Shown one piece after another: positions 48,501-51,236 of a stretch of DNA of 64,000 nt; position 1 is the first letter of the stretch, and every line of letters starts with the position of its first letter. Source of the stretch: Candidatus Chisholmbacteria bacterium (GTDB taxonomy: Bacteria; Patescibacteriota; Microgenomatia; UBA1400; Chisholmbacteraceae); contig CAVPHZ010000001.1 of assembly GCA_963704905.1 (NCBI GenBank), forward strand, positions 579,438 to 643,437, read 5' to 3'. The notes beneath the pieces were generated by a model. It had not been told where the DNA came from. It was given only the letters and a program-made list of their open reading frames with translations, and ran no database searches. The position numbers and the translations under genes are program-made.

Positions 48501-50064
48501 TGGAGATACAGGTTCGAATGTTGAGACGTTATCGACTGGGGACTGGACATCATGTGGTGTGGATTTAACCCTCACTGATCGAGTTGATGTCAACCGGTCG
48601 TTTGTGTGGGGAACGACTCGAGATTCTGGGGGTGGACAAGCGTATGATCGAGCCGAGGCTTCGTTCCAATTGACAAATGAAAACACAGCTAGGGTGGATT
48701 GTGTAGACCCAGCAAATACCGACGCCTTTACTGGATTTGCTGTGATGTTCCCGGATTGGCGAGATGTGAGTGATCAAAAGATCTATCAGTTTGAATCTAC
48801 TGACTTTACATCTGGTTCTCTGACTACCTATTTTGAAGCAACGCTGGCATCAAGTGAATCAACCGCCTCAGCTCAAGCTAGGCTCTACAACATCACAGAT
48901 AATGAAGCAGTATCAGGGAGTACAGTAACCGTTTCCGGAACTACATGGGATAGGCAGCGGAGCAGTGCATTGACGATTGGTGCGTCGGCTGGAAATTTGC
49001 AAAGTGGAGATGAGTACATCGTGCAGCTTTCTTACGAATCGGGAGTTGAAACACAGGCAGCAAACGCGAAGCTAGTTTTAGAGCAAGATGGTGGAGGATC
49101 TGGTTTAACAACAACAGAGATTATTCATCAGTACAACAACACTCTGGCTACAGACAATGACAGTACGTATACGGCACAGAACTTTGATAATGAGTTTAAT
49201 CTTCAAGATTTTGATGGGGGAGATTTCGCTGGCTATTTTGAAACGACGATACAGACGAATAACCCGAGCAATGCTTACTATGCTCGGCTTGATATACCTG
49301 CTGGTGAAAGGACAGCAAGTGATGTTGAGTACACAAGATCTCGAAGTGCTGATGTTTGGTCAAGCTTACCAGGCAGTGCAACTGATATTGATATTGAGCT
49401 GCGGAATGCATCAACCTCTACCACCTCATCTTCAAATTCCTGGATGGTGATTGAAGTTACGAATCTTGGAAATCTGAGTGGAGGAAACCAAGACGTTATC
49501 GATAGTGTTCCAACGGGTCTAGCTAATAATTTCTCAACTGTGGTTGATACAACCAATTACGATGTCCATCTTTTGTATGTTGATGATGAGGCAACTGACC
49601 AGGTTTCCTATCGGCGCTGGAATAATTCAGTTACCCCGAGTTGGGATGCATCTGCAGTTAATCTTGATGCTTCAAATGATGATGCGTACGTAACGCTCTC
49701 ATTGGATTATGATGCTGGAGACCTGTATGCAATATGGATAGATACTGCAACGGGTTATATTTACTATCGTCAATGTGACGTGCCAATTGGACCAGCGGAT
49801 TGTTCAGCTGCAGGGAATTGGCAGAGTGAGGTAGCTTGGCAAACTGATGGGACGAGTACAAATATTTCAAGTAATTATTCAGGAGGCACGCACATATTCG
49901 CAACTTGGACCCGAGGAGCTAGTGATCCCTACACAGTAATGTGGGATATTATCTTAATTCCTGAGCAACTGTGGTTGTTTATAGGAGTAGCACCAATACT
50001 ACCACTGTTACTTAAGCGTCTTAGGGAAAAGAAAGCATATGCAAAAGTTAGAAACCAGACATAA
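24586..50064 (+). CDS. Giant (8492 aa) multi-domain surface protein. Domain order: N-terminal duplicated transposase-like HTH module; TM helices; processive family-2 glycosyltransferase domain; TM helices; ~7000-aa repetitive extracellular region; C-terminal sorting-signal-like TM tail.
   Basis: A single uninterrupted ORF of 25.5 kb. The GT2 region has 'ISVHLPMYNEK' (the first Asp), 'FDADFV' (D-x-D), 'ITEDFEMTLRL' (ED) and 'QRMRWAEGHSF' (Q-x-x-R-W). Hydrophobic helices flank the GT2 domain. The downstream Thr/Gly/Asn/Ser-rich repeats are typical of beta-helical fibres. The ORF ends '...WDIILIPEQLWLFIGVAPILPLLLKRLREKKAYAKVRNQT*'. Confidence 0.8.
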   Translation: MKSQKRRVKRLNNAFYYFIQRIDAVSLKRQLKSFKHIRDRFRDRPSPSNDREVQVGDHSQTPPDVLDQSTREKEIVNIAWRDPGVSVDELADKIRLRQWGHDITNDLVYQTLLAYGIAEKEHRLRWAQDHQYDFTEAWNALIPTAKRKTTTGKLSAQERLAIIRRVEQGEPVDQVCASVGVSRTLFYKWKKRYDTVKTEAWKRTFGFTRGTLDERELLAVLESQPASKPVVYGGQATAEQVRAVLETVVKNPDWGVGKIYKHLPKEDGKPIIGRHGVQKILERENLRSIEERRYWVSTQPKKGSTEDTQIIKLAWQDPGLSVEDLVDKIRLRQWGHDITNDLVYQTLLAYGIAEKEHRLRWAQDHQYDFTEAWNALIPTAKRKTTTGKLSAQERLAIIRRVEQGEPVDQVCASVGVSRTLFYKWKKRYDTVKTEAWKRTFGFTRGTLDERELLAVLESQPASKPVVYGGQATAEQVRAVLETVVKNPDWGVGKIYKHLPKEDGKPIIGRHGVQKILERENLNTFTKRQSWISSQPAFAPEPTGVRPELSWQDRIKLATDEFIPSRAPAPPPGQSALLYYFSFYSPYLFIALFVFTGLFGFGYLLGHAQDSSQAIGWFFASVALTMGAFFFLYSMKYYLTLAIVLSYTREGSVPFESERDTAREGTLIERLFGLSLRKESGEEHLGELPRKAGGLEPNVDEIHLERYPFISVHLPMYNEKHVAERLLRAATSFDYPAYEVIVADDSTDETKDIVMRFADHWNKNKKPGQPVVKISHRETRAGYKGAALQLALQRTDQRAEFVTIFDADFVPYPDSLTLFVKYFKHSAGTLDYQSEKFQVRQAHKSGAKSEWSVDVDEKTRVAAVQGYQWHVLNKSENWVTRGVRTEYSGSYVIERSGEELYGGMKQISGSVYMIRRDLLERFGWGTSITEDFEMTLRLYEAGYRVVYTPYIQAPSECVSTLKRLFRQRMRWAEGHSFNVKKRFWPLMTSDNLTKNEKFEFLYLTPYYLQAAFFLIGTISWLLSETLFAARLPFWTTVWGWSLVFTNMLSLPLMNGIGLFLEEAEERDFLGLFSFVLLSYLLVPFQAYASVKGFVQDEEGPWFRTPKSGKVTDILRRGKFARFLRYILQQQFASAKMQGRLREGALAAYPVPAFAMARSSAKLPIGGFSIKRRQARWIGKLVISFMLILTTTLVSFAPYVQSLSSVGLPPTGSGVILSPDMSSKDKPVPTSERRSSISLPNFVNEAFAAEEEGDVLVVEYTGGVRVTSPKHDFSRAETPQFVVERNEPFLQNLWKGVRRLFGRADDTGMQIRLRDSKGQAVEDFETSGMGEDVFDVRLPTELQYKPGKYQLVVEYDGKTIEQDFTWGVLAVNTNKSIYLPGDSAQLSMAVLDDEGRMVCNADVTLKVSFPSGEVAYRSTDDGTIQVNRGCLKREMILEPDYETEIEVGGVGVYQMELTAKTLDGERKVYDSFEVKESVLFDVERDSATRIYPKEIYPVTINITANQNFTGQVIETVPEGFRIAENEEYRLQQLENGRTEIIWDVDWRTGDQVTIAYPYNAPNRSPDFYLVGPLRIENNGEEVFSEARRWQIAADWTTEIPHTSLFTETDDTGANTTVDVYEDVDNTTISHATLNGDGFGDTEQVLLIANVNFDGNDANAVYGFRIADTAGNPVANTTVRREVRTADDRQEIQRIMTRTNKVSGEGFVLQKAFHTAGQTTPNILKASIVVLGLGNLTENVDYVYDDDTSTTALSTTAATFATITTPASDNRWQGDVLVMDHWKADGNTTSQSLQHGLRRDTDSLVNITRQEGEDSNDLYGGGSIYVYNNADTSAHTYDVRMYTSAGTSFSHNYSSIIAFRASLFEDFEWNNTDTESIPGDTNFNEMAGITPFSPQNSGEFVVMGFAVGESNAVANSDDVRIRLQVDGTNVPSGYDDSTNGTMLEDPDDLYGINLASLETFDTSSKDIDMDAATDVTTVGFSYRTLVAFSMGLAPTISISGSCDQYDRSTDCVDDGSNEIRVAVDGVLQGQSDTVVDGAWSITGVPTPAGGAVITVFINGETTASERATTVTEYSGVGNITAVPLYQRHLVIGSDQDQTTTNTDLQQYDYSASGNDVDVIYDVNNATNDLTVDNLGSYSDETLLILSGDTYIPDSGSSGNVATHDFETSGTVTADGNAFTVSGSWDNNSVFTANTSTVSMTATSGTETIDSTGASTAAFNTLNLGSGSGTATWNIGSALDVDGALTIDWGTLDMNGANNINLANNLTINANGNYTSGTGTVTFDGSGTNTWTDNRATKANMGTVSINGTSKTINFGSSVTAASVNVAGSQTLGLGSSGYTLTLTGTGTPFTVTGTLDEGTDSTVVYTGNGVTTIVAETYDNLSVHPGGTVTHTLAAGTFNINGDFSVGDGTNTGTIQANTNDPAITISGSMTINANATYEAASLVANDLTIGNDFTNNGTFTHNSGSIVFNDASNTSTLLYSGTTTFGTFEVTTDSKAIEFDNVDQTTIVDAFTINGQACGTKITINSDTGAAQFEIQTSGATVSVTYADIQYSNALTAMSATNSANSGNNTGWTITEDTCASMSLSGNVYNFGTSTALTECDASGATFELRLRIQTTTYSASCSNTDGSYTFTGISIPTVGDGMVLWIDDAEVPETDGALVVRFDGVQPSPNNTFYDDAVTVTSDDTNPVDILHMNVYDNGQDSDIPYTATDASPDTLVVNSGYEFLVQLKSGVASGSTVFQPNGTVTTNATGGDFHIDDNATAFLDTDTNTIGRDILIDGGARLNIDGDTNVNGGDITMSGTSPRIDTTAGTPTVTMTSTGSIGGGTTPTTTFHNLATTGTGTTTVTNSTTTNGDVTVGTGTTFTVNADLTVNGGDFTNTTTGVINTTSGTPTVTMSGTGNLGGGSGSVTLFDLTTSGSGTTTIASTVTTNNDVSVGAGTTLRINNNLNIDGGDLTTTSTGIIDYTSGIPTVDLDGTGTLGGGSGSITLYTLDLGDTTTDTTTLSSTIAADNQIIINTNQTFTVGSNNVTVGSSSVTDSGNISNSGTYTQTGGTTTIQSSDTSTAPTIGGSGTSTFNNLDIGPTTADNLTYTFNTAGDITVSNLLTIQDAGGADTHTLDGQNDTISLPASGTPFVVDSNAVFSANTSTVSYTGTSATSVASTTYYTLNIGTTANSSTLTYTLLGDTGVDNVLTIGASSGTGVHTLDASSFSLTMGGAGTPLVINSQGLFDESTSTVNFTGDGATTVNARAYYNLEIGNDGSLGAGRTYTSAAGTITIASNLAVGAPTGSFTHIFDVNTNDTTITVSDSVTITSLGNYSASSNVSNPLTIANDFTNNGTFTHNSGLVVFDTAANISTLTYSGNTTFNDLSMTTVGKPMSFDAAQQTIIAGTFTITGASCGNLTPLSSETSGNQWDIDIQGSAAVTFVYITDSNAITSASASNSTDGGNNTGWNISKGSCASSVTGEVAIYREDTGLEDVSDTTQFDHQWDTIVTEGASFDLNDTGGSPDYASVDLADAGHYLVLYNAGWQRVDTTDTRTETQAWIDLAGTDIQYGRSTCYIRSSGNANECWQSGAAIINATAGQDIKIEGQRTDSSTFTQERTAQEAGLQLIKLDDTWGYARIHENTGGQSFNTNGGYDAVTWDDNTDELDAGFFAHSSSTNSEEITLKLDGHYLVSANVMLQSDSTTYRRNRDMRLTLGDGTTQTEIEGTRVTSYMRGSNGAQDHVASFVGIINASAGDVLELEIGCIRNEDTTNSCAGVTNIGNQSGITIAKLPDSADYVRIHDDAVQDIDDATPAPILWEDSGEEEEDAGSFSHSGGSSQVNIDYSSSADYLFFSNQYADRTSDTNGTRAYPHWNWRTSGSSTLQYGSFGKYNRGDNGSTGTWTSGNSGGAILLGLTSSDYVETLNTEEANGATDTAGEFQVNRSAIQGVNLNTLLQAFIDITGTCDQYDRSTDCVDDGSNEIRVAFDGVLQTSLDSAVDGAWQISGLTAPSTGAVMTVFINGETTASERATAVTTYSGSGSVGSVTLYQRHLTIGSDQDQEVTNTNLQQYDYSASGNDVDVIYDVADATNDLTVDNLGNYTDEVLLVLAGDTYRPDSASSGNVATHDLETSGTVTADGNTFTVSGSWDNNDVFTANTSTVTMTATSGTESIDSSGASTATFNTLNLGSGSGTATWNMGSALDVDGALTIDWGTLDMNGANNITLANNLTINSNGSYTKGTSTITFDGSGTNTWTDNNSTKVDMGAVSINGSSKIINLGSSVNATSVDVAASQTLGLASSGYSLTLLGSGTAGSRPFIVSGNLDEGTNSLVTYAGTAATDIQAETYHDLTLAPSAAGGPSFRLGTASSQTIDVDGDLVVGDGTNAVTILANTFDPTINLAEDLTLNANSTWTKSPTATLTFNSTTTPVTWTDNNSTKQDIGIVSIDGPKEVDLGTSVTATTINVTGGDTLDLQSLGYVLQITGSGTGGSRPLIVAGTLSEGIDSLVEFVGTSATDIEAEIYHDLEADQSGTTFTAFGNIEASGVLTIQNGTYDGSSFTTTLSGTGTPFVINDTFTPSTSTISYTGNGATTITSTTYYTLSVGTSNSANITYSAGGALVVNNQLNLQSAAATFNNTLSVGANDLTVGLSGVTNSGGISVPLRSSLTQSASATTSIRSSSGGSASIGGDGSIQFFNLTFDPSVASAPTFTLGNGASQTIDVDRNLTVGNGTNPVIIQWETNDPTLTVGGNLLLSNNSTWTKSTTATLTFDGATTPVTWTDNNGTKQDLGDVSIDGPKEVDIGGSVTATSVDVTGGDTLDLQSLGYTLSLTGTGTPFTVGGTLSEGTDSTVRYIGNGSTNITAETYDKLSIHPGGTVTHTIQTGTLTVNGDLSIGDGSNTGTIEANTNDPTITVAGSMTINANGIYQASSNTLNPLTIGDDFTNNGTFTHNSGRIVFNDSGNTSTLLYAGNTTFGAFDVTSASKAMAFDSADQTIITGALTINGAACGTPITLSSATGGNQWDVDAQGSVSVDYVTLTDSNAITAVSATNSTSGGNNSNWTIDGGTCADNWEGIAYTNDDEATPLSAVSVCAVVNSGTPVCETTNGSGVFTIVSQDASATDQLTFFVDGGVDVGNTVTISDGGDITTGDNLRLYEDHVTLRHEQGTDISIVDLDAYDNDQNSTDMLYDAEDLATDTLVIESGYELFIYNSYTFDADGTVTTQGAGGNLQVDNSATAILDTTSNTIASDLIIDSGATCTINGDTSINGGDITMSGTSPVLNTTAGTPTVTMSSTGSIDGGTTPSITFYDLATTGTGTTTIANATTVNNDVSVGTGTTLRVNANLNIDGGDLTTTTTGSIDYTSGTPTVDIDGTGTLGGGSGSITFYTLDLGDGTTDTTTLSSNISVDNSITVNASQTLNISSNDVTVGSSSVTDSGSINVSGIYSQSGGTTTVQSSDTSTAPVIGGSGTSTFYNLDIGPSTADNLTYTFDTASDINVSSILTIQDAGGADTHTLDVQNDTVTLFGSGTPFVVDSNAIFNENTSTVSYTGASATNVTAETYYNLNIGTTANSSNVTYTLAGDTTVSNILTIGASSGTGTHTLDGSNRTVMLSGTGTPLVINSQGDYEESTSTVNYTGDGATNVTVNGYYHLEIGNNGSLGADRTYTSAGGTVTVGGNLTVGAPSGVRTHTLEVNTNDTTVAITGSLAITTLGIYSASSNTANPLTIGNDFTNNGTFTHNSGRIIFNDVSQTSTLLYSGTTIFSTFEVTTAGKFMEFDNVDQTTITAAVTIDGQGCGSLVEINSDTGAAQFEIQTSGATVSIDRARIQWSNALTAMTANDSKDGGNNTGWTINEGACADMEVTGFVYDFGTSTALTECDGSGATFELRLRVLTTTYSASCSAADGSYTFSGVVIPSTGDGLVVWIDDVEAPETDGALVTRFDGTKPSSDNVFYDDAVTVTSDDTNPADIIDMDVYDNGDDSDIPYSATDAATDTLVVNSGYELLVQLKSGVASGSTVFDPNGTVTTNATGGDFHIDDNATAFLDTATNTIGRDIEIDGGARLNINGSTDVNGGDITLSGSSPRVDTTAGTPTVTMSSTGTIGGGTTPTIAFYNLATSGSGTTTISNTATVNNDVSVGAGTTLRVNANLNVDGGDLTTTTTGSIDHTSGTPTIDIDGTGILGGGSGSITFYNLDLGDGTSDTTTLASTITVDNQITINSDQTFTVGSNSVNVGSGSVTDSGTISVASSGVFNQSGGTTTVTSSDGSTAPTLGGAGTTTFYNFTLGSTSDARTYTFDATGDITVSNNITLTDPGIGDSHNLDVQGNDVDVGSGSVTDSGSITVPSRSRYIQGTSGTTTIHSSDNSTAPILGGAGDTTFYNLIIGNTSDALTITVDFSGSIEVLNGLIVTDPGVGDIHTLDALGNDLTVGSSGATDSGDIIVALNAVFTQSSSGTTTVSSSDTSTAPLLGGGGTTTFYTLNVGSTTADNLTYTFSTAGNITVSNVLTIQDAGGADTHTLSASDDTVTLTGTGTPFVVDSNASFTESTSTVNYIGDGSTNVAAEGYYNLEIGNSASLGTGRTYTSQTGTITASNNLLVGAPSGSFTHLFEVNTNDTTITVSADVEITALGSFSASSNTANPLTIGDDLTNNGTFTHNSGRIVFNDSGNTSTLLYAGNTTFGAFDVTSASKAMAFDSADQTIITGTLTINGTACGTPITLSSATGGNQWDVDAQGSVSVDYVTLTDSNAITAVSATNSTSGGNNSNWTISGGTCADNWEGIAYTNDDEATPLSAVSVCAVVNSGTPVCENTNGSGVFTIVSQDASATDQLTFFVDGGATFGNTTTISDGGDITTGDNLRLYEDHVTLRHEQGTDISIVDLDAYDNDQNSTDMLYDAEDLATDTLVIESGYELFIYNSYTFDADGTVTTQGAGGNLQVDNSATAILDTTSNTIASDLIIDSGATCTLNGDTSINGGDITMSGTSPVLNTTAGTPTVTMSSTGSIDGGTTPSITFYDLATTGTGTTTIANATTVNNDVSVGTGTTLRVNANLNIDGGDLTTTTTGSIDYTSGTPTVDIDGTGTLGGGSGSITFYTLDLGDGTTDTTTLSSDMAADNQVTVNTGQTFSNASSNVTVGSSSVTDSGSITVSGVYSQAGGITRVQSSDTSTVPVIGGSGTTTFYNLAVGTASDALTYTFDLASDITATNDVQITDGGVSDTHTLDTTGSNFDIDVGGDWINDEGTSGFTANASTVTFTGVTSTQQVSGTSSFYNFTATFGSGAIEFEQSQTQTILTGGVFTIAGTSCIDYIDLWSQSPSTAWNINLVGAATASVSYVRVTDSNASGNPMTANNSHNGGGNTNWTIVVGECTGTSSSPTATGFSFQRKTFFDNVNARYWLFSHNGSEIDIRYSTDDGGTWNTVAALSYDTNDFSVWWDQIGSTEYVWLAVANNNDIVVRQGSLGLSSITWDVDESVALDGTGASDTYSYAYLSMDSADYLWVGARHYDGTNYHYLTAATHEGGGSQTADSDPSTWTWTGVPHQLTDDQANTNVYGNVVALNNQDMYATFVTNTSLQGCWWDDSDGKWEDNSGSLCSVVGDPTIEQQINIIDQEYSTTGTDQPGNNSLGLVAFDSADYTGDTVYFEAIIRCDSCTGGNTEVDVALVDDTSTTTVTTVSSTSSTYTRVRSGSISPTADEYTVEVTRDATAGTAYVKAARLLIVQTSATDIDDTVSMVELGNNDAMFGARVQRGATTISAGSASANATLGQSVDISRSFAICSPGESGDTAPNSITFSCTLSSSQLTFTRYGSTGTAALLIEWQVVEYDNISVQTGTETFNTASTQENFTSGEGMTAVRLDKTFVVLTARSDGTSLNDNNDRYVSPNLTSTTNLQLSRNATSTNVTVDFFIVEFLDDTYVEQWSGLTIPDAGSTDDSANLSGRSGSGVDTSRSFALGYQRGSSTDDQGMDANTMTLELIDADTVRATRTGSTSGYGNMEVEGWVVELPQEGSGDTGSNVETLSTGDWTSCGVDLTLTDRVDVNRSFVWGTTRDSGGGQAYDRAEASFQLTNENTARVDCVDPANTDAFTGFAVMFPDWRDVSDQKIYQFESTDFTSGSLTTYFEATLASSESTASAQARLYNITDNEAVSGSTVTVSGTTWDRQRSSALTIGASAGNLQSGDEYIVQLSYESGVETQAANAKLVLEQDGGGSGLTTTEIIHQYNNTLATDNDSTYTAQNFDNEFNLQDFDGGDFAGYFETTIQTNNPSNAYYARLDIPAGERTASDVEYTRSRSADVWSSLPGSATDIDIELRNASTSTTSSSNSWMVIEVTNLGNLSGGNQDVIDSVPTGLANNFSTVVDTTNYDVHLLYVDDEATDQVSYRRWNNSVTPSWDASAVNLDASNDDAYVTLSLDYDAGDLYAIWIDTATGYIYYRQCDVPIGPADCSAAGNWQSEVAWQTDGTSTNISSNYSGGTHIFATWTRGASDPYTVMWDIILIPEQLWLFIGVAPILPLLLKRLREKKAYAKVRNQT
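24859..25439 (+). repeat. Copy A of a 581-bp 100 % identical core inside a 705-bp in-frame tandem duplication (the unit encodes 235 aa of an HTH-HTH DNA-binding module).
   Basis: Line-by-line comparison of 24859-25439 with 25564-26144 shows identity at every checked position. The offset of 705 equals 3 x 235. Antisense ORFs 25237..25683 and 25942..26304 share an identical 64-aa tail, confirming the identity. Confidence 0.85.
25564..26144 (+). repeat. Copy B of the 581-bp identical core of the 705-bp tandem duplication.
   Basis: See copy A. The flanks of the two units are diverged: WRDPGVSVDELADKIRL vs WQDPGLSVEDLVDKIRL at the 5' side, and ERENLRSIEERRYWVSTQ vs ERENLNTFTKRQSWISSQ at the 3' side. 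Confidence 0.85.
26683..27513 (+). other. Family-2 glycosyltransferase (GT2) catalytic domain of the giant protein, processive synthase type (cellulose/chitin/hyaluronan-synthase-like motif set).
   Basis: The motifs 'VHLPMYNEKHVAERLL...YEVIVADDSTDETKDIV', 'TIFDADFVPYPDS', 'GTSITEDFEMTLRLYEAGYRVVY' and 'QRMRWAEGHSF' are read directly from the translation. Confidence 0.7.
39290..40720 (+). repeat. Copy 1 of a ~1.43-kb near-identical intragenic direct repeat. Copy 2 lies 5097 bp downstream.
   Basis: The translations are nearly identical ('NPLTIGDDFTNNGTFTHNSGRIVFNDSGNTSTLLYAGNTTFGAFDVTSASKAMAFD ... TLDLGDGTTDTTTLSS'). Three pairs of antisense ORFs (39741..39953 / 44838..45050, 39934..40203 / 44869..45300, 40146..40427 / 45243..45524) are identical. 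The first ~700 bp show a few percent divergence and the last ~735 bp only 2-3 differences. Confidence 0.8.
44387..45817 (+). repeat. Copy 2 of the ~1.43-kb near-identical intragenic direct repeat.
   Basis: See copy 1. The offset of 5097 equals 3 x 1699, so the repeat is in frame. Confidence 0.8.
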
Positions 50065-50112
50065 TCAGTAAGAATGCATAGATTTATTGACCATATATAA
50101 AATGAGGAGATC

Positions 50113-50688
50113 ATGAGTCAGAAGACAGTTTTTAAACGAATTTTGGCAATTACTTCCATCGTACTCGCATTGCTGCCAATGCTTGTGACTTTTGCGTCTC
50201 TGTTGACGAACTTATTTGACAGAATGGGGTGGTATGTTTGGCTTCAGCAAGTCATTGTACCGTTTGAGTCGAGGCTTGTGGCAATTCTTGTAAGACTGGT
50301 TGGAATTTCCGGCATGGTAACTCCAAATACTGAGCATTTTTCTATGGTTCTGCAAAAACCTGATAATGTGTTGTTACCAGTTCAACTTTCGTGGAATTGT
50401 CTGGGTTGGCAGAGTTTGTTGTTACTCGGTCTAACGCTCGTTACAGGATTACAGGGACCATATTCACGGTTTTCTAAACTCCAAGTGATAGTATTTGGAG
50501 TGCTGGGAACATTTCTCAGTAACCTGGTTAGAATGGCGCTTATTACGTCGCTTGCGTACTATTGGAATACGTTTGCAGCAATGATTATTCATGATTATTT
50601 TGCGATGTTTGTTGCACTCGGGTGGATGATATTTTTCTGGTGGTTTTCGTATGCCTATGTGCTTGAAGATAGTCCCGTTGATCAGTAG
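50113..50688 (+). CDS. Small polytopic membrane protein resembling the exosortase/archaeosortase family (putative sorting transpeptidase).
   Basis: The 191-aa product has ~5-6 hydrophobic helices. A Cys sits in 'LSWNCLGWQSLLLL' (codon 50398-50400) and an Asn-x-x-Arg in 'LSNLVRMALI' (50521-50532), matching the recalled Cys / N-x-x-R active-site pattern of the exosortase family. A strong SD (GGAGAT) lies 4 nt before the ATG. The gene sits directly after a giant protein that ends in a tripartite sorting-signal-like tail. Confidence 0.45.
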   Translation: MSQKTVFKRILAITSIVLALLPMLVTFASLLTNLFDRMGWYVWLQQVIVPFESRLVAILVRLVGISGMVTPNTEHFSMVLQKPDNVLLPVQLSWNCLGWQSLLLLGLTLVTGLQGPYSRFSKLQVIVFGVLGTFLSNLVRMALITSLAYYWNTFAAMIIHDYFAMFVALGWMIFFWWFSYAYVLEDSPVDQ

Positions 50689-50873
50689 TCAATGAGGAGC
50701 TTTTCTCAAGCTCCGCTTGAGTTATCTGGTCACCGTAAGCTCAAGTTGTTATTGTTGTGTTGGGTCGTTTACGGGGTAAAGGTTTTCGTATGCTTTTGTA
50801 TTGGAGCAAAAAGTGTCAGTAGTTTAACTTATGAACTATTTATATTCCTACTTGACAGTCCTGTAGTTATTTT

Positions 50874-51236
50874 GTGTATACTTATATAACTATGAGAAGC
50901 CTGCCCAAGACCTTCTTTGTTTTTCTTGCTGTTATAAGTCTCTTATCTTTGTTGGCGTATTCACCTCAACACACTCTTGCTCAAGAGGAAGACTTCACTG
51001 AGGAGGAAGAGATTGTTGAGGAGGAGGAAGTGCTTGAGGAAGAAGAGGTAGTTGAGGAAGAAGTAGTTGAGGAAGTTGTTGAAGAAGAGAATACAGAAGG
51101 GGAAGTACTTGGAGGTGCAACGGAACTTGGGGATACTGGCGCAGAGGACTATATATACGTAGTGGCAGGTTTGGTCGGCGTTTTGGTTGTGGCTGCGGGT
51201 TTTAAAATTGCACGCAGTAATGTCGAAGAGTACTGA
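50874..51236 (+). CDS. Small secreted acidic protein. It has a signal peptide, a Glu/Val-rich (EEVVEEE) repeat region and a C-terminal hydrophobic anchor preceded by 'LGDTG'. It is a possible non-canonical sortase substrate.
   Basis: The N-terminus 'MRSLPKTFFVFLAVISLLSLLAYSPQHTLAQ' looks like a signal peptide. The C-terminus 'ELGDTGAEDYIYVVAGLVGVLVVAAGFKIARSNVEEY' has the motif / hydrophobic / charged-tail layout of a sorting signal. The gene overlaps the start of the sortase gene. Confidence 0.4.
   Translation: MYTYITMRSLPKTFFVFLAVISLLSLLAYSPQHTLAQEEDFTEEEEIVEEEEVLEEEEVVEEEVVEEVVEEENTEGEVLGGATELGDTGAEDYIYVVAGLVGVLVVAAGFKIARSNVEEY

Noticed and set aside
1072-49903. Dozens of 60-230-aa ORFs on the minus strand (and out-of-frame plus-strand ORFs) inside the giant genes, e.g. 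36864..37547 (227 aa), 10822..11460 (212 aa), 14486..15088 (200 aa).
   Set aside because: They lie entirely within the repetitive coding sequence of the giant genes. Their Pro/Ser/Val-rich translations are typical of antisense reading of GC-moderate repeats. Their duplicated copies merely mirror the sense-strand repeats. No independent start or RBS signals are seen.
50088-50112. Apparent promoter 'ttgacc...tataaaat' upstream of the exosortase-like gene.
   Set aside because: The -35-like and -10-like elements are adjacent, so the spacing is far too short. The -10-like box would also overlap the RBS. The gene may instead be co-transcribed with, or read through from, the giant gene.
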